Part shown: piece by piece, positions 12,828 to 25,400 of the stretch
Position numbering within the stretch: position 1 is the first letter of the stretch
Layout of the letters: each line of letters opens with the position of its first letter
Source: Chrysomallon squamiferum
Lineage: Eukaryota > Animalia > Mollusca
Reading direction: 5' to 3'
Assembly (NCBI GenBank): GCA_012295275.1
Contig: CM022670.1
Location: forward strand, 36,084,001 to 36,148,000
DNA length: 64,000 nucleotides
Position numbers and translations under genes: made by a program
The notes under the pieces: generated by a model
The model's input: the letters and a program-made list of their open reading frames with translations, nothing else
Told to the model about the DNA's origin: nothing
The model's database searches: none

Positions 12828-15800
12828 TTAATTTTTATTTTCATTGCTCTCTGGAATAAATTGTCCCCAGTTTGTATCTGCAGGTATGCCAGTTGAATTC
12901 GGGCCCCAGATATCAGCCATTGAATTGAATGGGTTGAAAGTTGTCACCTGTACAGAAAATAAAAAATACATTATCATTTACATCTTTCAATTTGTCCACT
13001 GTTTTTGATACAGATATATTTTCATATGTAAATAAATTATGAAAATTCAAATGGTTGTAAATAAATTAATTGTAAATTCAAGAGTCGTATTACTTATGCC
13101 AATTTTTAATAAGAATAGTCTTTTTCCTTCTTTTTTTTTCTTCATTTAAAAAAAAAAAAAAAAAAATATTCAGATCGTAACATATTTAATAATACATTTT
13201 AATATTTCTCTAGTAAACTAACAACTTTTTTGACATTAAATTTTTAATTAAACAAACATTCACTATTATATTCCATTTGTTACCTACATTTAATTTAACT
13301 TCTAAATATTAGTGTTTCTGGTTTCTTAAATGATTCATAAATACCAAGAGAATAAGTTCACCTGTGGATTAGCACTTTCATTGAAAACAGGCATGGACGA
13401 CTTTTCCTTTTCAAGGATAATGGCTGCAGTTGTAGTTGGGGTGTTACTCCATATTGCCTGCAGTGAATTCCAACCACTGTGTGCCGAGTTGGTGATGGCA
13501 TTCCACAGACCCCCAGCCTGTTAAAGAAAGATAAGAGTAAACGTGTCAAGCAGAATTTATAACTCGTTGGAAATAGGAACAAATATTTCAGCTGAATTCA
13601 AACAGCAAATACTTTTACTATATATTTAATTAGGTTAATATTTCTTTGTGTTCCGTATTATCTGCACAACAATGAAAATCAAAATCAAAATGTCATAATG
13701 AATTAGGCTACACAATTAATATATATTTATCTTAAACAATAACAATATAAACAAAAAATATACTGTAATAATAAATAATATTTAATAAGGTGGTTTTGTC
13801 TTAGTTCAAGAGAGAAATTCATATACAAACAAGAAAATTTTGGAGACATTTAGACTGACATACATTTGGATTTGGTGGAGAGTCAGTGGCAGCTGACCAG
13901 GCATTAGGTCGCAGTGGATTATAATCTGAGTCCCACAGACTGTCACTTCTTACTGGTGGTACATCAAATCCTGGCCAGTCCTCTCCTGTAAAAACAACAG
14001 AAAATCATTTCAAATTAACTTCACAATGAATGAATTTAACCCAGGCACTGAACAATAAGTATTAAACAACAGTAAACAAACATGAATTATTGATTAATAC
14101 TGATATGAAAATTTACCAGATAAATTAAAGCATAATGAAATAAGGTGGTGATCATCTGCATTAAAAATGTAGTAAAAACCTTTAGTAAGAATCTTCATCT
14201 GATGTTCCTGGTAGCGTCGTCTTCTGTCAGCCATTAACTGTTGCATCATTGTTGGCTGCTTAGAGATAGTCAGCTGATCAACTGGCGACAGGTATGCAGG
14301 ATACACTGGGTCAGTATTGGTGGCTGGAAGTAAGTAGGGAATATTTTAACTGGTCTAAAGAAATTAATAATTATCATACAATAAACATTATGTCCTTCTA
14401 TTTTCTAAAAAAAAAAAAAAAATACATAAAAGAAACCAATTATTTAAAAAAAAAAATAGGAGAAAAATGTAATTTTATAAAATGAATGCAAAATCATCTG
14501 AAAAAATTATGATTAATAGTAACAGCATTCAAAAAGATCTCTTCTTCGATGAGTTCTAAAAATGAAATACTTTAACATAGTGCAGAAGAAGAAAAAAAAA
14601 GAAGAGTTAAAATGAAATAAGTAAATTTTCTTTTCTTTTCAGATAAGCTGAATGAAAATTCTTTAAAAAAAATGTTATTGTATTTTTTCTGTGGAAGGTT
14701 AGTTAGCATTAAATTTTAAACATACAACTATTCTCATTCATACCTCCAGCATTAAATGGATAATCTCCATTGGAAAATGTGTCAACAGGTGAAGGCTGAC
14801 AGCCAAATGTCGTTTTGTCATTCTCTTCTATAGTCTGAAGGCAAAAACCACTGTAAAAAAAAAAAAAAAAAAATGAACAAAAAAAACACATTTTCTTTTC
14901 TGCAATGTCCTCAAAGTCATAATAAAAATTAACAAAAAGTGTATTTGTTAATTGTTTTATTTCTGAAAATATTCTGCAGTGTTTATCATTTAAATATTCT
15001 GATTTGTAGCAAATATAAAAAATTAATGTGGATTCAGGAAGAATAGCTTTATTTTAGGTAATTTTTTCCTTTTTAAAATATAATAAACATAATAAACATT
15101 TTGTTTGTTTTAATTAATGATGAATTAAGTGTTTATTAATGGTGTAATTATAACTAAAAAGTGAATCAAAGAAGTCAGTGAATGTTACTAACATGGTCTC
15201 AGGAGATGGAGGACTTCCAGTCCAGGGATTGCGCGGCTTGTCTGTTGTGGATGGTTTCACAAGCTGTGGGGAAGTCTTTAATCCAAGAGGTCCTAATAGA
15301 GAAACTGAATTTTATAAATCTAGGGCATAAACATGAATTTGCATCCAGATAAGAAACATATATACAAAATGATGAAAGAACATATCTCTTTTAAAAGTTA
15401 TTATATTGGTAATTTGAACTGTCAAATATATTTTAAAATGTTAATTAATTTTGGCAAACAATATTAAATGTTTAGATACTAAAAAAAAAAAAAAAAGATG
15501 TGTGTGTAACGTCTTCAGTAGATTCTTTTAACATGACTAGCTTTGTTGACACCTTCTGTATTTTCTAGTAAGTTGTAATTATTATTTGGACTAATACCTG
15601 GCAGTGGTAAACCATTATCTCCAAATGGGTTGAAACCTGCTGGTTGACGTTTTACATCGGTTGTAGTCTGCTTGGTCTTGGCCTTCAGTCCGTTAGCCTC
15701 ACCACTGCTGCTGCTCACAATGCTGCTGTAGCTGCTAGAGCGGCTAGAACTGGACAGTGCCTCAGGTGAAAAACCATTGATGTTGCTGCCACCACTGCCT

Positions 15801-16611
15801 AAAGGTTTCAGATGCTTCTGTGCAAATGTTTCAGTCTGTATCGAAAGTTCACTTAAATCACCTGTACCAGATAAAACAAAGAATTGATAACCTATCAAAA
15901 CAATAATGAACACTTAAAACTAAAAATAAATCAATTAAATAAACAGAATTGAAAAACAAATAAAAAATTAAATTAAAAAAAGTCTGGTAGGAATAAATTG
16001 CTAAAATAATAACAATATAAACTTGTAAGTTTGTAAATATTTACACAAACAACATTCCAAAATAGCATCAAATGAATAAACTACTTATTAAAAAATGTAT
16101 TATTAAAGTTTACAAAACAGATGCAATCAAGCAGTTTACTTGAAAAGAAAATATTTATTTTTTTTACAACAACAATACCTTTACTAAACTAGCATGGATT
16201 ATAAATTAAAGGAAATAAAAGAAAAGTAAAGTAGCGCTGAAGTCAGTGGTATTAGAATGATTAATACATAAATATAAAGTTTTAAAATAAGTGAATTTGT
16301 GGAGCAGTAAAAAATTTGTTTTTATTTTTGTATACTGTAAAGTTTATTTTTAACACTGTTTATCTTTCCAAACAATCAAATGACTTTTCAACAAGATTTC
16401 TGGAAATGGTATAATACAACAATAATTTCCTTTTTTACTTTAAACAAGACTATCTTTTTCAGATTTTTAATATAATAATCCAATTATCAAGGATGAATGC
16501 TCTCAACACATATTACCTACAAAGAGTTTCTTCATGAGTTTGTATCATTAGTTAACCACAAAAGTTAGAAAACATTATGAATAACATGTTATTAGAATGT
16601 TAACATATGAG

Positions 16612-16643
<32 letters not shown>

Positions 16644-19430
16644 CAATCAGATGTCAGTGATTAATTTATTATTTAGTTACGTGCATTATCTATCAGTGAT
16701 ATGTGGACCGTTTATTCTTATTATTCATCTGTCGAACTTTTAACTTTTAACACTAAAATATTACTGAACTTAACTTTCCTATTACTTTGATTGCCTGCTG
16801 TGGCCATGCTGAAGGAAAAAACAGTTCTGTTACTACACTATGCTCTATACTGTATTCAGAGAGAAATTTAATGTATTATTTACACAGCACTTTGTCTTAC
16901 AAAAAAAAAAAATAAAAAAAATAAATGAAAGTTGTAGGCTAACCAGGTGCTGGTGCAAGACTCGGCAAATCCCATGTTGGAGGGGGAGAGTCTTTATCTT
17001 GATCGCTGCTGTCGCTTGTAACCTCTCGTAACAATGCAACACCTACACAACACAACACAGTAGCCAATCAGCATGCAGAAAGAAGGGCAGCACAAATGAT
17101 CAGATAACACAGAACTAAACAATATTGCCAACTAAGTGACTACAAATTTAAGCTCCGCTATGCTTATCCCTCACCTTAATGACTGAACACCGTTTTTATT
17201 GTAAATAATTTATTAATTCTATCTAGGTTTTGGTTTAAGCTCGCCAAGTTAAAGGTTTATTTGTATTTTCAGTTTTGTGAGTAACAACACAAAATACATA
17301 ATTTTAACAGGAAAACAAATTAATGAAAATAATTAACTAAAAAAATCAACTAAGTCCAGTTCAAGGTTAGAGAAAGATTTTACTCCATTTAAAAAAACAA
17401 AATCAAATCTTGAACAAAAGTAACACAAAAAATCAAAATAAAAAATTCAGAGTAACAAAATGTAATGTGCAATGATTTGCTTTAATAAAGATTACTTTCT
17501 AACCCATTTTCTTACTTAAAAAGTGCACTTTTTATTTAAATCATATAAAAATTAAATGAAATTTGTTCTCAACATCTCATTAAATTTTTTGGTTTTTGTT
17601 TTTAGTTTTAATTAATGATAATTACAATATGCTGTAAAGAAATCTTTGTTTTAAACATTAATAACATTTAATTTTACTTGTTTAATAAAAACATCAAATT
17701 AAAGTATGTATTACTGTTCAGTTACAACAAGGATGAGGGATGGCAAACTTTGAGAATAATTTTATTTATTTACTTTTTTTTTTTTTTATTTTTTTTTTTT
17801 ATCTCTTTCTTATTAAATTTATCTACATTAACCCTCTTTTTCCATTAATGTTTTCGACAATAAATTTATTTTTCACTGAAAGTTTATATTCAGTGAATTA
17901 AACAAAAATCAGAGTAAGTGGAAGTGTAATATGCAGATTAGTTACAATGTCAGTTGCTTATTAGTCAATTCTGAGTTTCATATTTGATTTGGTAAAGTTG
18001 GTTAAGTTAACATAAGTGTTAAAACAAACCTGTGTCATTATGTAATGTTCAGTATATATAAAAATTTATCTCTTTTCTTAATATCAATCTGAAGCCTATC
18101 AAAGAAATATATGTTGCATATCATACATTTTATGACCTGTGTAAAATTTAATAAATTAAGTCACTTAATTTATTAAAACAGTAGTGATTATTTAAAATTT
18201 TGGCTGACTTTTAATTATCCAGACATGTTAATTTAAGCTGTTGAAATGAACTGCTGTTAAATAGCAGATGTGACCAGTGATTTTATTGATTTTAGAAGGC
18301 ATATCTATATCAAAGTATATTTTTGTAAATATTATTTGTAAAAAATCAGAAATATTAACCTATGTTTTGAGGTAATCTGTTTATCACCTAATACCATTTC
18401 TTTGTCCTTAATGTTCAGTCTGCATTAACATTTCTGAATAGTGGTCAGTCAAAAATATCAGTAATCAGGGAATAAGACCCTTTCCCACTATGCTCAAATA
18501 CACTAATCCTTGAAAGCTCTAGATAAGGTGCCCAAGAGAAATGTCTTTCCTAACTATGTGCTATTATAAGCAAATTAATGCTTTCAAAAATCAATCACTA
18601 GGACAAGGTAAAGGTTTTAAAGCAATTAACCGTGGACTGTCTGCCCAAAATAGATATTATATTCATAAAGGTTATAACATTAGTGCATTAAAATTTAAGG
18701 GAAAGGAAATCTATATAATTTACATTACACTGAAGATAGCGTAATACCATGACAACCCATATGACCAAAAGTCTGAAGTTTAATATTTGTTTCTACAGTT
18801 TTAACTATTTATATTCAAGAATATTAATTATATTACAAAATTTAATTATATTACAAAATTTAATATTTACATTTTAAAATTTGCTTATACATAATGACAC
18901 AAGACTGTTTTCTAACAAGCACAAATGAGTAATTTTTAAAGCAGTAATATGTGAAAAATGAGTGAAATTCATTATGAACTGAAAGCATTAAACTAATGTT
19001 AAGTCAATACACAACAATGTCTAATTTTCTATCATGCAGCTACATGTTTTAGTGAAACTTTTGAGTGGATGAAACCGTCAATAAACTTATGGAATAAACC
19101 ATATTGTCCTGTATAAAAATAAGACAAATGTTTCAGATACTTTTAATTTTTGTCTGGAGATTGATGCTTATCTTAAATACAAAGAAAAAGGAGAACTTTT
19201 AGTAATAAAATTAAACAATAAATGATTTTTTCCCCTCCAGAGTTTTCTGTGTATAAAAAAAATTCCACTATTCTAATGAATTATTTTACATTCTGTAAAT
19301 GATATTTTAACCAAAAAGTTGTTGCAGATACAAAGCTTAAAGACTGAGACCATCCACTCTATACAAAACATTTTCAGAGAATAATTTTCTGACCCAAATT
19401 TATTTCGCATCCAAATAAATAATAATTACC

Positions 19431-19461
<31 letters not shown>

Positions 19462-22400
19462 CTTATTTATTTATTTATTTATTTTATCAGGTCAATCTAG
19501 ATAAATTATTCTCTTCAAAATCAAACTATACTGACGTCAAACAACAAAAACATGAAATAAATGTAAGTGCTGAGTAAGACCCTACTTTTCGATTTGGGTT
19601 TTGGCTTGGGTGTTCGTTTTTTCACTGGCTCTTCTGATGGCTGACTGTCATGATCTTTACTTATCTTAGGGTCAAGGGTATAAGGCAGCTCCAAGGAACT
19701 TAAATGACAAGCATTTAAAATTATTAAAACTAACCAACAACATAAAGAATTTTGTTTATTATATATTCTACGGTTACATTTTTACCTATTAAATAAAAAC
19801 ATCTGAAATTTATTTTTTATCATTAGTTATCCTGAAATTCTAATAACAATCCAAATATTTTGAAGGTTACCTTTAAAAAAGTAAATATATATGATAATGA
19901 AAACACATTTCATTATGTTAAATTTTATTATTAATCCAGTTATTAAAAATAACCTTGGCAGCTTTTCAGTCACACTTCAGTAATTTTTAAACAGAACTGA
20001 TAAGAAATCTATGATATTGACATTCATTATTCATCATTATTTTATCTTGTAGTAATAGTGTGCTCACATTGTGTTTGGGATGTGATTCATTCTAATCTGG
20101 CCAAATTTTAATATGTTCTTTTAATTGCAGTGTGAAAGTCTTGTTAGTTTTATAGGCTATTTGTGGGGTTTTGTGGGGTTTGGGGTTTTTTTTTCCTTAC
20201 CTTGGTCGAAGTACATTGCCACCAAAGGTAGCTTTTGGGTCAACTTTAATGTTACGATGAGCCTTGGACTTTGATTTAAGTTCAAAGTGGTCATCATCAT
20301 TGTAGTCATCAGTCAAGGGAGCAGGTACAGCCTTGTCAGTTGTCTTCACTTTCTTGTTTCTCTTCCCCACTGTGCAGGAAATCATTGGTTCTGGAGTCGA
20401 GTCTCGTGCACTAGAGTTCTGAAAACAGTTAAATTAATTACTGTCAGTACTGACACTGTTGACACAAAATGTCAATGATACACTCAAGAATGTTGATAAT
20501 TCAGTTATCAAATATGAATATTCTGAATTTCAGGAAAACAAAAGTAAAATAAATAAACCAGAATAAATATAAATTATCCAAAATAAATAGAAGATGGACA
20601 AATTTAGGAATTATTGTCAAAAGTTGTATGTTAATAATGACATTTTTCAAAGCATTTTTAAAGCATACCTTTTCTTCAACATCACCAGCAGAAGAGTCTG
20701 TGGTAGTTGAAGAAATTTCATCTTTGTCATCTAGTCCATGATTTTCACGAACTCCAATTTTCTCTTTGATAAATTCTCGATCTATTCGATTGCGGCTCTT
20801 CTTGCGAGATTTCTGCCTATTTAGCGGCTTGTTGGCGTTGATGTCTTCCTTAACAAAGGTTTCATTTGTCGTTTCAGGTGTGTTACTTGATGGTTCCCAT
20901 TTGTGGTTGGATGATCGGGTATGCTGAGACACATCGTCATCAGCCAAATCATTATCAGTTGTCTTCTTGCTGTATGGAATGGTTGAGTCTCTCACTTTTC
21001 GGTCAGCTGATCCTAACAGAGCGTGCCCATCACTCGTATTGGGATCACTGTGACGTTTCTGTGAGGACTTTGACTTTTTAAGTCTGTGTACACTGGTCGG
21101 TTTCTCAGTGGTACTTTCAGGTAAAATCGGTGGGGTAGAAGGTTGTTTGTCTTTATCACTGGTCACTGGTTTTAGAGAATTCTGTTCTGGAACAGGCTTA
21201 TTTTCCTTTTCTCGAGACGTCTGCCGGTCCACGTGGTTCTTTCGAGAGGAGAATATTTTGTGCGGAATGAGATTTCTTAGCAAACTGAGAATGCTGCCAA
21301 GGAAAGGTTCTTTATTCTGCTGTCTATACTCAATATGGCCATTAACCTCCACCATCTGCCGCGGAACCTGTCTCACTTCTTGTGCAGGAACTGTGACGGC
21401 TGGTTTAAGATTGAGCTGTAAACCTGCAACATTTCTCAAATCAAACACTTTTCCTTTCTCAAATGGTTGAGTACCATTATTCATTCTAATTTTGCGCTTC
21501 AGTATGTCGGCTACTATTATTCTGTCCGCCTCAAAATACGCTGCCACAAGAATGCAAAAGAGTAGAAAGCTCATGACACATACAATTGAGTAATATAGCA
21601 CCGGTTCCCAGTTGGGGCGGGGTAGTGCTGCAGAACACTTGGACAGCAGATATGATGGAACTGTTGCCTGTAGTGTGTAGTTTGCTGGAGGCCCCAGGCT
21701 GGTATGTATTGTCAGAGATCTCCGAATACGTGACATTGTAAAGTCAGGTGTAAAACTGTAGAAGAAAACAGAATAACATTTTCTATGGGTATGAAACTTG
21801 ACTTACAAAAAAATATTTCCACAAAAGACAACATTCAAAAAATTCATGTGCAGTCCTAAGAAGAAAAAATATATATATTGTATATTGATGAAATATGTTA
21901 AAATGTTATCAGTTGTAAATTCTTTACCAAAAATATAAAAGATAATTTTACTTATTTTTATGTTAACATTATTTACATTATTACATTACTTACGCAATAT
22001 CTATTTTGCGACTTGTATTTGGTGGCATTTCGAAACCATCACAGTCAAGTATTTTAAAACCATAGCCTTCACAAGCAGCATCGTTTATGCTAAATCCCTG
22101 AACATAAAAAGGAAGTTCTCCTGTATTCCGCAGTGTAAATGTTCTCCGAACTGTAAAATGTGGCATCATACTTTTACTTTGCTTTTTATCTGAGACTGAA
22201 AAAGAAATGTATAACAAAATTACTTCCATCTTGTCAGTGGAAGTCAACATATCAACTTATTTATCACAAATATCAAAATAAATAAATAATTAAATAAATA
22301 CAAGAATTAAGAATTATAATAAGATCTGCAGAAAACTACTTTAAGTAATATTTGATAGTATTAAATAAAGGTAATATGAAAACATCACTGGGCTATGATT

Positions 22401-25400
22401 TTCAATGATGTAACACTCACTATCACAGTTTTTGAGATGCTTGTCGTTCATTTCAAACAAGAGAGGGTAATTTGAGCCCGGCTTCTTATTACTGAATTTC
22501 ATCTCACCTCGACAGCCCTGGCCTTGAACCACCAAAGTGTCTAATATTGTTAAATTATTTCTGTAATAATAAAAACAATATTAGTCAATGTATTTTTTTA
22601 ATTTCATTTTTTAAAGAATTAAAAATCACAGTTATTATTGTACCAGATGGAAAAAAAGTAATTAATATTTTATTTCTTTTTCTTTCTTATTGTCCAATTG
22701 TTTATATGTAAAATCAGTTTTATATTTACAGACATTTTAAAAGTATACCAACAGTTTCTAAACAATTAAAAATTTGACAAGATTAGTACATTATGTACTC
22801 TTAATAATAATTTCTACTATTTTAGTCTCCAGCAAGTGAAAAAAAAAAAAAAAAAAAAGGAACTACAATGTTTTTACTACTTACCTAATAAGGATGATAG
22901 ATGTCCTAGACAGGTCATCCTTCGGATGAAACCCAATTTTTATTTTCATTTTAGCATTAGGTTGAAGTACAGTGGTAATGGACTGCTTATGTGCTTTCAC
23001 ACCCAGGGAATTTTCTATACTCTTTCTAAACTCTCGAGTTTTCTGTAACAAAAATGTTCACAGTAATTTTTACAACAGCATTTTTAAATGTTTCTGTCAC
23101 TCTATAAAAAATAAAAAAAAAAGTTAAAAAAGAAAATTTTATGAAGATTTAAATTAATATATTAGATCTCTAGTAGCTTCAAAATTGATACAATAAACAA
23201 ACAAAATCCATAAAACACTGGATGAAAGCAACAGGCAAGAGAACCTGAAATTGTGTAATAAAACAATTACAACTTAAAACAAAAATAAAAATTAAAAATT
23301 TCAAGATCTTGAAGGATATTTAATTTAAAACAGATCAGTTATTTAATATTCAGTTCTTCAGTTTATTCAAGATCTTGTAACACGGAAGCATAAACAGATG
23401 AGATTCAGAATCAATAGCATTATTTATTTTTTTTCAAAAACGTCTTGGGCGCTACTGATCAGGATGAATCTCGAGTTTCTAGCACTAGGTCAACTATCTT
23501 ACATTAAATTCTTCAAGATCTTGTAAGGTGAAAGTGTCTAGATCCTCTGTTTCAATGAAATCGGTAAGGTCTGTTGAAAGTCTGAAAATATGCACAGACA
23601 AAAAAAAAACACACCATTAACAACAGCTGTTACAATTAAACAATTATTTTGCTCAACACCTTATAGTGAACAAATATCAAACATTATTTGTTTCCAAAAG
23701 CATCCCAAAATACTTAAACAGTTAGAAGAATAAATTAAATGAAGTTTAATGTGCACCTGAATACTCTGCCCTCTGTGTATAACATGAACATATAACTGTA
23801 TTAAATTCACATTATAAATATTATTAGTATTAAATTATAAACATGTGACTTATTAAAAAAAAAAAAAAATAATAATAATAATACCTGTTGCTGAGAAGGT
23901 CAATTACTGTGTGTGGATTAGGATAGAGTGAAAGAGGTAGAATCTGAATTAGCACAGGCACATCTCCAGGATTTTCCACAATAAAATCAGATAACTGAAA
24001 GACAAGCAAATCATTTTCCTTACACAAAATTTTAAATATATTCAGAATTTTTCAAAACAAATTCATCAGTAATGTCATCTTATAATTACACCAAAACCTT
24101 GCTATCAAGTATTATCATTTTTCATTTATTCCCTTATGGAAGACAAATGTTTGGAAATTACTTTTAAATTACTATGTTCCAAACCATATATTAAAAATAT
24201 CTTTTCAATTACATGCCTTCCCAATTCAATACAATAATATTTTACATTTGTATGCACATCCACAGTTATGAAAATCAAAAATAAAATTATATATTTTTTA
24301 ATATAAACATTATGTATATAGTTATCTTATTTGAAAATAGTAACCAAAATAGCATATATCAAACCCATTTTGAAATTTTAAAAATATTCTGTATTTGTGA
24401 TGTTCCTTAAAGTTAACATTTACGTATACTGAATAAGCTGAAATAATCTGGCAATATCATACTTACAGAAATGTTTCCTATCTGTGTAAGAGGAAATTTG
24501 ATTTTGCACTTCCGTACCAGAGACGGCCAGTGCAGATGTGCCTGTGCTGAGAATAAAAAACCCCGCACTTGGTTTGTGTCTAATTCTATTGTCACATTTG
24601 CTCTGCAAAATAAACAATTACATCTTTAAATAATATTTTCAAATAATTTTATTCTTTAGAATCGAACTGTGTTGTTTTTAATTCTATCTGATTCTTGTTC
24701 CCAAAGGTGTAAACCTAATATCTGCTAGAATCATAAAAGAAAAATGCAGATATGAAGCATAAAAATTTGAAATGTTATATTTATTTATCCAAAAGGTGCA
24801 TTATACACCGTCACAGGAATAAACTTGTCTAATTTTCGAATGAAACCAAATCACAAAGCAGACATTCAGAGGTGACTTACATGCTTTGTTCTGATTTTTG
24901 TAAGGACTCCCACTTCTGCTGTAGTCGGGTATATAGATATTGATCTGTATCAGCCACTTCTTTGTCCAGCGATAAACCAAGAAGCCACTGGTGACCAGCT
25001 ATTTGTGACAAGAAAATGGTCAGCTTAATTTGAGAACATAGCTGTGGTTCAGATTTAATTAAAAGCACCATGCAAAATCTCTGATTACTTGTCTTAAAAC
25101 ACACTTTCAATATTTATCATATTAACACTTTTCACAATTAGTCACCAGGTACGAGATTCAAATGCTTTCATTAAACTTGGTCAACTTACATTTACTCTCC
25201 TAAAAGAGAAAAAATATATATACATTCCTATTTGCAACTGTTGTTTGTGCCATCTTAAACAATCTAAAGAATAGAATTTGACATATTTCCCTTAAAAATG
25301 CTGAACCTTAATATGCTTTGGTTTCATTAATTTTTCTGTGGCAGAATTGTGAACATTTTTAAGAATATTCTTTTTTGTTTGTTCCTGGTCTATTTGGCTG

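Noticed and set aside
20866-21470. Plus-strand ORFs of 71 and 120 aa
   Set aside because: They are antisense shadows of the large TMEM131 exon.
23312-23319. U12-type ATATCCTT donor on the minus strand
   Set aside because: It lies mid-intron with no exon ending there, and the flanking GT-AG exons already join in frame.
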